NCBI GenBank assembly: GCA_025457685.1
Contig: JALOTV010000031.1
Coordinates: forward strand, 1-42,966
Direction of reading: 5' to 3'
Origin: Opitutaceae bacterium
Lineage (GTDB): Bacteria > Verrucomicrobiota > Verrucomicrobiia > Opitutales > Opitutaceae
DNA: 42,966 bases
The first letter of the stretch is position 1. Each line of letters starts with the position of its first letter. The position numbers and the translations under genes are program-made. Positions 1-8,623 of this stretch are shown here, in pieces. The notes under the pieces were generated by a model, which was given only the letters and a program-made list of their open reading frames with translations, was not told the DNA's origin and did no database searches.

Positions 1-254
1 GCGATGGCGGTCTCGTTGCGCACGTCCTTGAGGGCCATGCGGCGGAGATGGAGGGCATCCTTCTTCTCGGTGGCGACGGAGGCCTTCTTGGCCTTGGTGA
101 TCACCTTCTCGATGAAGGGACGCAGGGCTTTGGCCTTGGTCAGGGTGGTCTGGATCTTGCCGTGCTCGATGAGGGAGGCGGCCATGTTGGAGAGCATCGC
201 GGCGCGATGTTCCTTGGTAACGCCGAGACCGGCGCGGTGCATATTGTGACGCAT
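1..254 (-). CDS. rplQ: 50S ribosomal protein L17 (3' end runs off the window)
   Basis: Translated by hand from ATG at 254: [56 protein letters not shown], the L17 signature; follows rpoA. Not in the ORF track. Confidence 0.97.
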   Translation of the reverse strand, partial: MRHNMHRAGLGVTKEHRAAMLSNMAASLIEHGKIQTTLTKAKALRPFIEKVITKAKKASVATEKKDALHLRRMALKDVRNETAI

Positions 255-343
255 GGTGGGTGTGTATTCTGGTTTTGGTTACGTTCTCCGATCGGCTAGC
301 GGGACGCAGCGTGTGGGGCGGACCGTCGGCGCGAAGAACGCGA

Positions 344-422
344 AATGGATGATGACAGATGGACGATGGATGATGTGACGGGCGTAAACCCATCAAACAT
401 CACCCATCTCACATCTTACATT
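344..422. repeat. Inverted heptamer-repeat element (5x GATGnnn, loop, 5x CATCnnn)
   Basis: AATG/GATG at 344, 351, 358, 365, 372 and CATC/CATT at 391, 398, 405, 412, 419; exact 7-nt spacing in both arms. Confidence 0.85.
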
Positions 423-423
423 T

Positions 424-1425
424 TCAGGCTTCCTTCTTGGCCTCGAGGAGGCGCTCGTCGAACTTCATACCGAGGGAAAGACCAAGCTGCTCGAGCTTGT
501 CCTTGATCTCGTTGAGGGACTTTTTGCCGAAGTTGCGATATTTCAGCATCTCCTGCTCAGTCTTCATCGCGAGTTCGCCCACGGTGGTGATGTTGGCGTT
601 GTTGAGGCAGTTGGCGGCGCGGACCGACAGCTCGATCTCGTTGACCGACATGTTGAGGAGCTTGCGGAGCTTGTTCTGCTCCTCGCTGACCTCGGACTGC
701 TGGTTGTCGAACTCGAAGGTCTCGTCGCTGACGCGATCGAAGACATCGAGGTGGTGCTTGAGGATGGAGCCGGCCTGCTTGAGGGCGGCGTCCGGATCGA
801 TGCGACCATCGGTCCAGATCTCAAGGATGAGCTTGTCGTAGTCGGTGATCTGACCGACGCGGGTGGCCTCGACGGCATACTTCACCAGGCGAACGGGCGA
901 GAAAAGGGAATCGATCGGGATAACGCCGATGGACTGCTCCTCTTTCTTGTTTTGCTCGCCGGGGTAGTAGCCGCGGCCGGTCTTGATCTCGATCTCGGCG
1001 TGGAAAGGACGCGCCTTGTCGAGGGTGCAGATGACCTGGTCGGGGTTGACGACGGTGACGTTGGCGTCGGCCTGGATGTCGGCGGCGGTGACGGCACCTT
1101 CCTTGTTGACCTTGATCTGGAGGGTGAAGGTCTCGCGCTTCTGGGAAACGAGAAGAACCTTCTTCAGATTGAGGACGATATCGGAGACGTCTTCGACGAC
1201 GCCGTCGATGGACTGGAACTCATGCTGCACCCCGTCGATCTTGATCGACGAGATGGCGCTGCCTTCGATGGAGGAGAGCAGAACACGACGCAGGGAGTTG
1301 CCGACGGTGTGGCCATAACCGGCCTCGAAGGGCTCGGCGATGAACTTGGCGTAGGTGGGCGTGGAGCCCTCCTCCACCTTGGTGAGTTTATTGGGCAGTT
1401 CGAACTTTCCGAGACGTTTGGGCAT
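424..1425 (-). CDS. rpoA: RNA polymerase alpha subunit
   Basis: EPFEAGYGHTVGNSLRRVLLSS; alpha-CTD ELSVRAANCL...RNFGKKSLNEI. Confidence 0.99.
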   Translation of the reverse strand: MPKRLGKFELPNKLTKVEEGSTPTYAKFIAEPFEAGYGHTVGNSLRRVLLSSIEGSAISSIKIDGVQHEFQSIDGVVEDVSDIVLNLKKVLLVSQKRETFTLQIKVNKEGAVTAADIQADANVTVVNPDQVICTLDKARPFHAEIEIKTGRGYYPGEQNKKEEQSIGVIPIDSLFSPVRLVKYAVEATRVGQITDYDKLILEIWTDGRIDPDAALKQAGSILKHHLDVFDRVSDETFEFDNQQSEVSEEQNKLRKLLNMSVNEIELSVRAANCLNNANITTVGELAMKTEQEMLKYRNFGKKSLNEIKDKLEQLGLSLGMKFDERLLEAKKEA

Positions 1426-1479
1426 GGCGTGGTTGATGACTGCGTGGAAGGGGGAAAGGAGGACCCGTAAGGTCTTTCC

Positions 1480-2091
1480 TTAGAAGCGCGAGTAAAACTC
1501 GACGATGAGCTGCTCGTTGACCTCGGGAACCATCTCCTCGCGGGTGGGGAGGCGGTTGGCAACGGCCTTGAAGGCCTCGGCGTTGAGGGCCAGCCAGCCG
1601 GGGACGGCGCGGGCGCGGCTCTCTTCGAGGTTCTTGGTCACGAGCTGGCGGGAAGCCGAGGCGGCGCGAACTTCGATCTCGTCGCCGACCTGCACGGAGT
1701 AGGACGGGATGTCCACCTTGTGGCCGTTGACGCGGATGTGGCCGTGGCCGACCAGCTGGCGGGCGGCGGCGCGGCTCTTGGCAAAGCCGAGGAGGTAAAC
1801 CACGCTGTCGAGACGGGTCTCGAGGAGCTGGAGGAAACGCTCGCCGGTGACGCCGCGCTCGCGCTTGGCGGCCTCGAAGGTCTTGCGGAACTGGCGCTCG
1901 AGCAGACCGTAGATGTAACGGAGCTTCTGCTTCTCGTTCAGGCCGACGGCATACTCGGAGAGCTTGCGGCGCAGGCGGGGGCCATGCTGGCCGGGGGGAT
2001 AGGGACGACGCTCATACGCCTTAGTGGCGCCGAAGAGCGGGGTGTTGAAGCGACGGCTGAGTCGGGTGGTGGGGCCGGTGTAGCGGGCCAT
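1480..2091 (-). CDS. rpsD: 30S ribosomal protein S4
   Basis: MARYTGP..., LETRLDSVVY, ARQLVGHGHI, IVEFYSR. Confidence 0.99.
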   Translation of the reverse strand: MARYTGPTTRLSRRFNTPLFGATKAYERRPYPPGQHGPRLRRKLSEYAVGLNEKQKLRYIYGLLERQFRKTFEAAKRERGVTGERFLQLLETRLDSVVYLLGFAKSRAAARQLVGHGHIRVNGHKVDIPSYSVQVGDEIEVRAASASRQLVTKNLEESRARAVPGWLALNAEAFKAVANRLPTREEMVPEVNEQLIVEFYSRF

Positions 2092-2145
2092 GTTGGTTGC
2101 CTTGTTTTGTTAAAGTTGTAGTCCGATGGTGAATACGCCTGCGGC

Positions 2146-2712
2146 TTAGCAGCGGCGGCGCTTCTTGGGGCGGCAGCCGTTATGGGGGACGGGCGTGACG
2201 TCGATGATGGAGGAGATCTCGAGGCCGATGGCCTGGAGGGCGCGGATGGCGCTGTCACGACCGAGGCCGGGGCCGGAGACGTGAATGACGACGTCCTTGA
2301 GGCCGTGCGACATGGCGTTGCGGGCGGCGTCTTGGGCAACGACCTGAGCGGCGTAAGCGGTGGACTTGCGGGAACCGCGGAAGTTGCACTTGCCGGCGGA
2401 GGACCAGGCGATGACGGCACCCTTCTGGTCGGTGATGGAGACGATGGTGTTGTTGAACGTGGCGGCGATCTTGGCGATGCCGGAGCTGACGTTCTTGGAA
2501 CCCTTCGCCTTGCGGATCTTGATCGTGCCCAACTCCTCTTTCAGGAGCTCTTCAGCCGTGGGCTGGCGGGCGACGCCACCGATCAACTCAACGGGCTTCT
2601 CGGCGGGAGCAGGGGCGGCGGCGGGGGCGGCACCGTCAGCGGCGGGCGCGGCGGCGGCGGTTTTCTTGGGAGCCTTCTTGGTGGGCTCGGCGGACTTGGT
2701 CTCTTCGGCCAT
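2146..2712 (-). CDS. rpsK: 30S ribosomal protein S11 with long Ala/Pro/Lys-rich N-terminal extension
   Basis: [36 protein letters not shown]. Confidence 0.98.
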   Translation of the reverse strand: MAEETKSAEPTKKAPKKTAAAAPAADGAAPAAAPAPAEKPVELIGGVARQPTAEELLKEELGTIKIRKAKGSKNVSSGIAKIAATFNNTIVSITDQKGAVIAWSSAGKCNFRGSRKSTAYAAQVVAQDAARNAMSHGLKDVVIHVSGPGLGRDSAIRALQAIGLEISSIIDVTPVPHNGCRPKKRRRC

Positions 2713-2739
2713 GGTGATGCGTGTTTAGAGGGTTGCGGA

Positions 2740-3120
2740 TTACTTCGCGGGAGCCTTGGTGACGCCGACGGTGCGGCGCGGGCCCTTGCGGGTGCGGGAG
2801 TTGGTCTGGGTGCGCTGGCCGCGGACCGGGAGGCCCTTGCGGTGGCGGATGCCACGGTAGCAACCAATGGCCTGGAGGCGCTTCAGGTTGCCGGTGAGCT
2901 CGCGGCGGAGGTCGCCCTCGACCACCCACTTGTGCTCGGTGATGACGTGGAGGATCTTGTTGAGCTGCTCCTCGGTTAGGGCGTCGGCGCGGGTGTCGGG
3001 ATTGATCCCGGCTTCGGCGACGATGAGGTCGGCACGGACAGGTCCGATGCCGTAGATGTAACGGAGGGAATACGCGACTTTCTTCTTCGCGGGAATATCA
3101 ACGCCGAGGAGACGAGGCAT
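2740..3120 (-). CDS. rpsM: 30S ribosomal protein S13
   Basis: [33 protein letters not shown]. Confidence 0.99.
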   Translation of the reverse strand: MPRLLGVDIPAKKKVAYSLRYIYGIGPVRADLIVAEAGINPDTRADALTEEQLNKILHVITEHKWVVEGDLRRELTGNLKRLQAIGCYRGIRHRKGLPVRGQRTQTNSRTRKGPRRTVGVTKAPAK

Positions 3121-3175
3121 GATGGGTGTGGTTTAGGTTGGGAGTTATGGTGGAAACTGACGGAAAATGGGAAAA

Positions 3176-3946
3176 TCAGACGGAAGGCGGAACAGTGAGG
3201 ATCTCGGGGCCTTCCTCGCGGGTAAGCACGGTGTGTTCGAAATGGGCGGCGGGCGCGCCGTCGGTGGTGACGATAGTCCAACCATCGGCGAGGCATTTGG
3301 TGCGGTGGGTGCCGAGGTTGACCATGGGCTCTATGGCGAGCGTCATGCCGGGGCGGATCTTGGCTCCAGTGCCTTTGCGACCGAAGTTCGGAATCTGTGG
3401 CTCCTCGTGCATCTCGACGCCAACGCCATGTCCGACTAAGTCGCGGACGACGCCAAAGCCGTTTTTTTCGCAGTGGGTCTGGATGGCGTGGGAGATGTCA
3501 CCTATGCGGTTACCGACGCGCGCTTGGGCGATGCCGAGGGCCAACGCTTCCTGCGAGACATCCAACAGCTTTTGGACGGCGGGAGGAATCTGGCCGACGG
3601 CGACGGTAAAGGCGTTGTCGCCGATGTAACCCTGGTATTCGACCACGATGTCAAGGGAGATGATGTCGCCGTCACGCAAGACGCGTTTCATAGACCCGAT
3701 GCCGTGGACCACCTCTTCGTTTACCGAGAGGCAAGTGTAGGCGGGGAAACGACGGTCGCCGATCTGATAGCCGTAACAAGCGCTGCGGGCGCCACGCGAG
3801 GAGATCAGTTCCTTTGCTAGCTGGTCCAAGTCGTAGGTGGTGACGCCGGGCTTCACATGCTTTTTCAGCTCGTGAAGAACGTAGGCGGCGACCGCACAGG
3901 CTTCGCGCATCCGCGCGATGCCAGAGGCATCTTTAATCGGGATCAT
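3176..3946 (-). CDS. map: Type I methionine aminopeptidase
   Basis: CLSVNEEVVHGI, DIISLD, GHGVG, HEEP, AIEPM, AHFEHT metal-site motifs. Confidence 0.98.
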   Translation of the reverse strand: MIPIKDASGIARMREACAVAAYVLHELKKHVKPGVTTYDLDQLAKELISSRGARSACYGYQIGDRRFPAYTCLSVNEEVVHGIGSMKRVLRDGDIISLDIVVEYQGYIGDNAFTVAVGQIPPAVQKLLDVSQEALALGIAQARVGNRIGDISHAIQTHCEKNGFGVVRDLVGHGVGVEMHEEPQIPNFGRKGTGAKIRPGMTLAIEPMVNLGTHRTKCLADGWTIVTTDGAPAAHFEHTVLTREEGPEILTVPPSV

Positions 3947-4425
3947 GGGCGGAAGACGTTATCCACGGAGGATGCTTCGAGAAGCAGACCATGGGTGCGG
4001 TAGTAATCGGCGAGTTCGCCCCGCGCGGAAGCGGGAGATAGGGCAATGACGGCGTCGAGACTTTCGTCACGGGCGTCGAGCCACTCGTCGAGTATACGGG
4101 CTTGGAGCAACGTAGCCGGGAAACCGCCCGCAAAGGCGAATCCCGCATCGGGTTTGCGCGCCATGAACCAACGTCGCACCAAGGCGACAAGGGTTTCGGC
4201 GGGGACAGGAGTCCCACGCTGCATCGCGAGTTCGGCAGATTGGCCAAGCGGCGAGCGGCGACAAATCTCCTGGCTTACCAAAGTGCCGGGAGAGACGTGC
4301 TCAATGTGCAAAGAACAAAAGTGATTTGCCCAAACCTCGGGGAGGTCGGACCCGTCATTCAAGACCAGCAGCTTGGTGGAGCGGCTGGCCAAAATGACGA
4401 AAGGATTTGAAGACAACGCAGACAC
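3943..4425 (-). CDS. Degenerate adenylate-kinase-like protein (no P-loop, no lid)
   Basis: Sits in the adk slot (secY-adk-map). Keeps HVSPGTL, SPLG, RGTPVP, GFPATLLQA and LADYY, which echo Adk motifs; GxPGxGKGT is absent. Stop overlaps the map ATG. GTG start is uncertain. Confidence 0.75.
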   Translation of the reverse strand: MSALSSNPFVILASRSTKLLVLNDGSDLPEVWANHFCSLHIEHVSPGTLVSQEICRRSPLGQSAELAMQRGTPVPAETLVALVRRWFMARKPDAGFAFAGGFPATLLQARILDEWLDARDESLDAVIALSPASARGELADYYRTHGLLLEASSVDNVFRP

Positions 4426-4449
4426 GAGGTCGCGTGTAAAGCTGCTTTT

Positions 4450-5955
4450 TCAGGCAGCCTGAAAATACTTCACCAGCCAGGCGGCGATACCAATGGCGAA
4501 GATAAGCCCGAGCACAGCCCAAAGCTTGCCCACCGTCTGCATGTCGGCGGCCTCGTTGAGCGCAGTGGCCACATTGCCGCTGCGAGCGCGAACGCGACCC
4601 TTCTTGAGGAAGCCGTCGTAGTGGCGCTGGAGAAGGAAGGTTTCCACCTGCTTCATCGTGTCGAGGATGACGCCGACGGTGATGAGCATACCCGTGCCGC
4701 CGAAGAAAATCGCGATGCGTTGGGGGACGCGAAGCTGATTCATGAGCAGGTCGGGGAAAACCGCGATGATGGTCAGGAAAATCGCACCCGCGAGGGTGAG
4801 GCGCGTCATCACGAAATCGAGGAAGCGCGAGGTCGGTTCTCCTGGGCGAACGCCAGGGATATAACCGCCGTATTTCTTCAGATCGTCGGCGATCTGGATG
4901 GGCTTGAACATGACCGACACCCAGAAATAGCTGAAGAAGAGAATGAGCGAGCCCATCACCGCGTAGTAAACCCAGTGACCACTGACTAGGTTGTTGGCGA
5001 ACTCGACGAGGAAGGGCAGGTCGAGCGCGGCACCAAGCCAGGAGAACAACTGCTGGGGGAAGAGCAGGATGGCGCTGGCGAAGATCACAGGCATGACGCC
5101 GGAGTAGTTAACCTTGAGGGGAAGGAAGGAATTCTGACCACCCATGACCTTGTTGCCCACGACACGCTTCGCGTATTGGACCGGAATCTTGCGCTGGCCC
5201 TGGACCACGGCGATGAGGCCCATGGTTACGATCAGGAAAAGCACCAGCATGACGATGAGCTGGGGCGCGCCGAGGCGGGTGGTGACACCGACAGCGGGGT
5301 TGATCAACTGCCACAACGAGGCGGCGGCACCGGGGATGTCGGCCAGAATACCGACGGTGATGAGCAGCGAGATACCATTGCCGATACCGCGCGAGGTAAT
5401 CTGCTCGCCAAGCCACATCAGCACCATGGTGCCGGCGGTGAGGAATATCACCGAGGTGACGAGGAAAGTGAAGTGATCCACGATCACGATCTGACCGTAG
5501 GTGTTGACGTCGTAGCCTTGGAAAAGTCGCTGCGGGTTTTCCAGCGTCAGGATCAAGAGCACACCCTGAACGATGCAGATCAGCACCGTGGCGTAGCGGG
5601 TGTATTGGGTAAGCTTTTGGCGGCCCACATCACCCTCTTGCTGCAGCCGGCTCAGGGCGGGCACCACCGCGCTCATGAGCTGGAAAATGATGGACGCACT
5701 AATGTAGGGCATGATGCCCAGCGCGAAGACGGCACCCTTAAGGAGCGCGCCGCCGGTGAACATATTGTAGAGGCCCACCACGGCGCCGCTGGCGCCGCCG
5801 ACATTGGCGGCGAAGAAATCCTGCAGAGGCTTCGGATCTAGGCCGGGCAGCGGAATGTGCGCGCCGACGCGGGCCACGAAAAGGAGCGCGAGGGTGTAGA
5901 AGATACGGGAGCGGAGCTCGGGAATCTTCAGGGAATTGGTGAAGGCGGATAGCAC
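4450..5955 (-). CDS. secY: Preprotein translocase SecY
   Basis: FALGIMPYISASII, WLGEQITSRGIGNGISL, GVMPVIFA, GGYIPGVRPG. Start placed at GTG 5955 (MLSAFTNSLKIPELR), not 6015. Confidence 0.97.
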   Translation of the reverse strand: MLSAFTNSLKIPELRSRIFYTLALLFVARVGAHIPLPGLDPKPLQDFFAANVGGASGAVVGLYNMFTGGALLKGAVFALGIMPYISASIIFQLMSAVVPALSRLQQEGDVGRQKLTQYTRYATVLICIVQGVLLILTLENPQRLFQGYDVNTYGQIVIVDHFTFLVTSVIFLTAGTMVLMWLGEQITSRGIGNGISLLITVGILADIPGAAASLWQLINPAVGVTTRLGAPQLIVMLVLFLIVTMGLIAVVQGQRKIPVQYAKRVVGNKVMGGQNSFLPLKVNYSGVMPVIFASAILLFPQQLFSWLGAALDLPFLVEFANNLVSGHWVYYAVMGSLILFFSYFWVSVMFKPIQIADDLKKYGGYIPGVRPGEPTSRFLDFVMTRLTLAGAIFLTIIAVFPDLLMNQLRVPQRIAIFFGGTGMLITVGVILDTMKQVETFLLQRHYDGFLKKGRVRARSGNVATALNEAADMQTVGKLWAVLGLIFAIGIAAWLVKYFQAA

Positions 5956-5984
5956 GGGAAAAAGGAGCGGAGACGGGAAAACGG

Positions 5985-6021
5985 AAAAAGGGCGGGGGCG
6001 CTTTGCGGCGCTCACCCGCCC
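5985..6021 (-). terminator. Intrinsic terminator/attenuator-like hairpin between rplO and secY
   Basis: Minus strand GGGCGGG-TGA-GCGC-cgcaaa-GCGC-C-CCCGCCC followed by TTTTT. Confidence 0.55.
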
Positions 6022-6081
6022 ATCGAAGGCGTCATGTCACGCAGGCGTGACCGATTCGCGACATGGACGTGGCGCGCGAGT

Positions 6082-6531
6082 TTAAGCGGCGACGATGGCC
6101 TGACCACCGGCGGCCTCGATCTTGGCCTTGGCGGACTCGGAGAACTTGGCCGCAGTGACCTTGAGGGCGCGGGTGAGTTCGCCGGTGCCGAGGATCTTGA
6201 CCGTGGTGACACCGCCGCGGATGAGACCGGCGGAGGCGAGCACTTGGGCATTCACTTCGGTGACGGAGGCATCGAGGCCGGCGAGGTCGCCGACGTTGAT
6301 GACGGGATACTCGACGCGGAAGTTGGCCGAGTTGAAGCCGCGGTGGGGCAGCTTACGGTAAAGGGGCATCTGGCCGCCTTCGAAGCCGGGACGGATGGAG
6401 CCGCCGGAGCGAGCGGTCTGGCCCTTGCCACCGCGACCGGAGGTCTTGCCGTGGCCGCCGCCTCGGCCGCAGCCGACGCGCTTGCGACGGTGGGTCGCGC
6501 CTTCGATGTTCTTAAGTTCGTGAAGTTTCAT
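6082..6531 (-). CDS. rplO: 50S ribosomal protein L15
   Basis: GKTSGRGGKGQTARSG, GFEGGQMPLYRKLP. Confidence 0.99.
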   Translation of the reverse strand: MKLHELKNIEGATHRRKRVGCGRGGGHGKTSGRGGKGQTARSGGSIRPGFEGGQMPLYRKLPHRGFNSANFRVEYPVINVGDLAGLDASVTEVNAQVLASAGLIRGGVTTVKILGTGELTRALKVTAAKFSESAKAKIEAAGGQAIVAA

Positions 6532-6608
6532 GTGAGTGTTTCCTTATGTAGGGGCGCCCCGACCCGCGAAATGGCGAATCGGGACTCGGATGGAGAAGCG
6601 AGGGACGC

Positions 6609-7160
6609 TTAGGCGCGAAGCGCGGCGTAGTCCTCGGCGGTCTTGAGCTGGAGCAGGGCGGCGACGGTGGCATTGACCACGGCGATGTGGTTCGAAGAAC
6701 CCATCGACTTGGTCAGCACATTCTTGACACCAGCGGCCTCGAGCACGGCGCGAACCGCGCCACCGGCGATGAGGCCGGTGCCGGGAACGGCGGGCTTGAG
6801 CAGCACCTTGCCACCGTCGTAGGCGCCAAACACCTCGTGGGGAATGGTGTCGCCCTTGATCTTCACGGCGAACATGTGCTTACGCGCACCTTCGGTGGAC
6901 TTCTTGATGGCGTCGGGCACCTCGTTGGCGCGGCCATAGCCGACACCAATCTTACCGGCGCGATCACCGACGACGGCGATGGCGGCAAACGAGAAGCGGC
7001 GACCACCCTTAACGACCTTGGCGCAGCGATTGATGAAAACGACCTTCTCGAACAGGCCGGAATCGTCCTGCTGGTCGCGATTATCGCGACGAGGACCGCG
7101 CGGACCGCGGTTGCCGCGACCTTCGTTGTTGCCGCCGGCGGGGGGATTGAAGTTGCTCAT
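6609..7160 (-). CDS. rpsE: 30S ribosomal protein S5
   Basis: [32 protein letters not shown]. Confidence 0.99.
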   Translation of the reverse strand: MSNFNPPAGGNNEGRGNRGPRGPRRDNRDQQDDSGLFEKVVFINRCAKVVKGGRRFSFAAIAVVGDRAGKIGVGYGRANEVPDAIKKSTEGARKHMFAVKIKGDTIPHEVFGAYDGGKVLLKPAVPGTGLIAGGAVRAVLEAAGVKNVLTKSMGSSNHIAVVNATVAALLQLKTAEDYAALRA

Positions 7161-7169
7161 TTTAAGTGA

Positions 7170-7532
7170 TTAGAAGGTGAGACCACCGGCGCGGGCGGCG
7201 TCGGCAAAGGCTTTGACCTTGCCGTGATAGCGAGCGCCGGAGCGGTCGAACACGACAGACTCGATGCCGGCGGCCTTGGCCTTGGCGGCGAAAGCTTGGC
7301 CGAGCGCGGTGGCGCCGGCGAGGTTGGCGGCGAGCTTCTGCTTGCGCAGCTCGGCGTCGAGGGTGCCCAAAAACGCGACCGTGGTGCCGGTCTCGTCGTT
7401 GATGGCTTGGGCATAGATGTGCTTCGTCGAGAATTTGACGGCGAGGCGGGGACGGGCGGAGGTGCCGAACACCTTCTTGCGAATGCGCCAGCGGCGCTTC
7501 TGAAGGAGATCTGCTTTGCGAATGGTATTCAT
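7170..7532 (-). CDS. rplR: 50S ribosomal protein L18
   Basis: RPRLAV, HIYAQ, FDRSGARYHGKVKAFADAAR. Confidence 0.99.
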   Translation of the reverse strand: MNTIRKADLLQKRRWRIRKKVFGTSARPRLAVKFSTKHIYAQAINDETGTTVAFLGTLDAELRKQKLAANLAGATALGQAFAAKAKAAGIESVVFDRSGARYHGKVKAFADAARAGGLTF

Positions 7533-7582
7533 GGCTTAAGCGGCCTTGAGATGGGTTAAAATTATGAAGAAGAGCGTCACGA

Positions 7583-8119
7583 TTAGGCGACGGTCTTGCC
7601 TTCCTTGCGACGGACGCGCTCGCCGACGATCTTGACGCCCTTGCCCTTGTAAGGCTCGGGGGGATAGAAGGAGCGGATTTGGGAAGCGACCATGCCGACG
7701 ACCTGCTTGTCGGCGCCTTCGATCTTCACCTTGGTGCCTTCGGTGACGGTGATCTTGATACCTTCGGGGATGTCGAAGAGGATCGGATGCGAGTAACCGA
7801 GAGCAAGATCGAGCTGCTTGCCCTTGAGCGCGGCTTTGAAACCGACGCCCGTGATTTCGAGGTCCTTGGAGAAGCCTTCCGCGGCGCCCTTGACCATGCC
7901 GGCAATCACCGAACGAGCGGTGCCGAACATGGCGCGAGAGAAGCGGGAGTCGTCCTTGGCGGCAACGGTGACCTTAGAGTCGGCCACATTGATCGAAACG
8001 ACAGGAGCGAAGGTGCGGGTGATTTTGCCCTTGGGGCCATCAACCGACACGGTGGTGTCTTTGACTTCCACCTTAACCTTGGCGGGAATGATAACGGGAA
8101 CTTTGCCTACGCGTGACAT
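7583..8119 (-). CDS. rplF: 50S ribosomal protein L6
   Basis: MSRVGKVPV, LGYSHP, PPEPYKGKGV. Confidence 0.99.
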   Translation of the reverse strand: MSRVGKVPVIIPAKVKVEVKDTTVSVDGPKGKITRTFAPVVSINVADSKVTVAAKDDSRFSRAMFGTARSVIAGMVKGAAEGFSKDLEITGVGFKAALKGKQLDLALGYSHPILFDIPEGIKITVTEGTKVKIEGADKQVVGMVASQIRSFYPPEPYKGKGVKIVGERVRRKEGKTVA

Positions 8120-8137
8120 GTTGGGTGGTTCCTTGGG

Positions 8138-8530
8138 TTACCAGACGTTGCAAACGAGTTCGCCACCAAGCTTCTCACGGCGGCAATCTTGATCCTTCTT
8201 CAAACCCTTGGAGGTGGAGAGGATGGCGATGCCGAGGCCGTTGAGCACGCGAGGAATGTCGGAGTAGCCGACATAAAGACGGCGGCCGGGCGTGGAGATA
8301 CGGGACAAGTTCGTGAAGGCGGGCACATTGTCCACATACTTCAGGGTGACGACGACGGTCTTGTGACCATTGGCATCGGTCCCGTTGGCCACATCGGAAA
8401 CGTAGCCTTCGTTCTTGAGGATAAGCGCGAGGCTCTCCTTGAGTTTGGAGTGCGGAGCGACGCACTGTGCCTGGCCGGCGCGAGCGGAATTGCGCAAGCG
8501 GGTCAGGAAATCGCTGACTGGATCGGTCAT
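8138..8530 (-). CDS. rpsH: 30S ribosomal protein S8
   Basis: MTDPVSDFLTRLRN, ISTPGRRLY, GLGIAILSTSKG, GGELVCNVW. Confidence 0.99.
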   Translation of the reverse strand: MTDPVSDFLTRLRNSARAGQAQCVAPHSKLKESLALILKNEGYVSDVANGTDANGHKTVVVTLKYVDNVPAFTNLSRISTPGRRLYVGYSDIPRVLNGLGIAILSTSKGLKKDQDCRREKLGGELVCNVW

Positions 8531-8558
8531 TGTGGTTGGATGTTGGTGGTTTGGAGAC

Positions 8559-8613
8559 GGGCCGCGCGGGTCATATCCGGTTTCGCTTACGCGAAACTCA
8601 ACCCCCGTGGGCC
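8559..8613 (-). promoter_or_regulatory. Structured leader upstream of rpsH (candidate r-protein autoregulatory RNA)
   Basis: GTTTCGC-GTAA-GCGAAAC stem with GNRA loop, extended by GGGTT/GACCC and GGCC/GGCC pairings. Confidence 0.45.
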
Positions 8614-8623
8614 GAAAAGTGAT

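Noticed and set aside
5956-6015. Extended N-termini from the ORF track (secY, rpoB, nusG, rplV, rpmC, rplX, lemA, TPR gene, nadC)
   Set aside because: They overlap neighbouring genes or regulatory hairpins; starts were moved to where family similarity begins.
6547-6590. REP element (GTAGGGGCG signature)
   Set aside because: Single occurrence in the window, no canonical REP palindrome and no RAYT gene.
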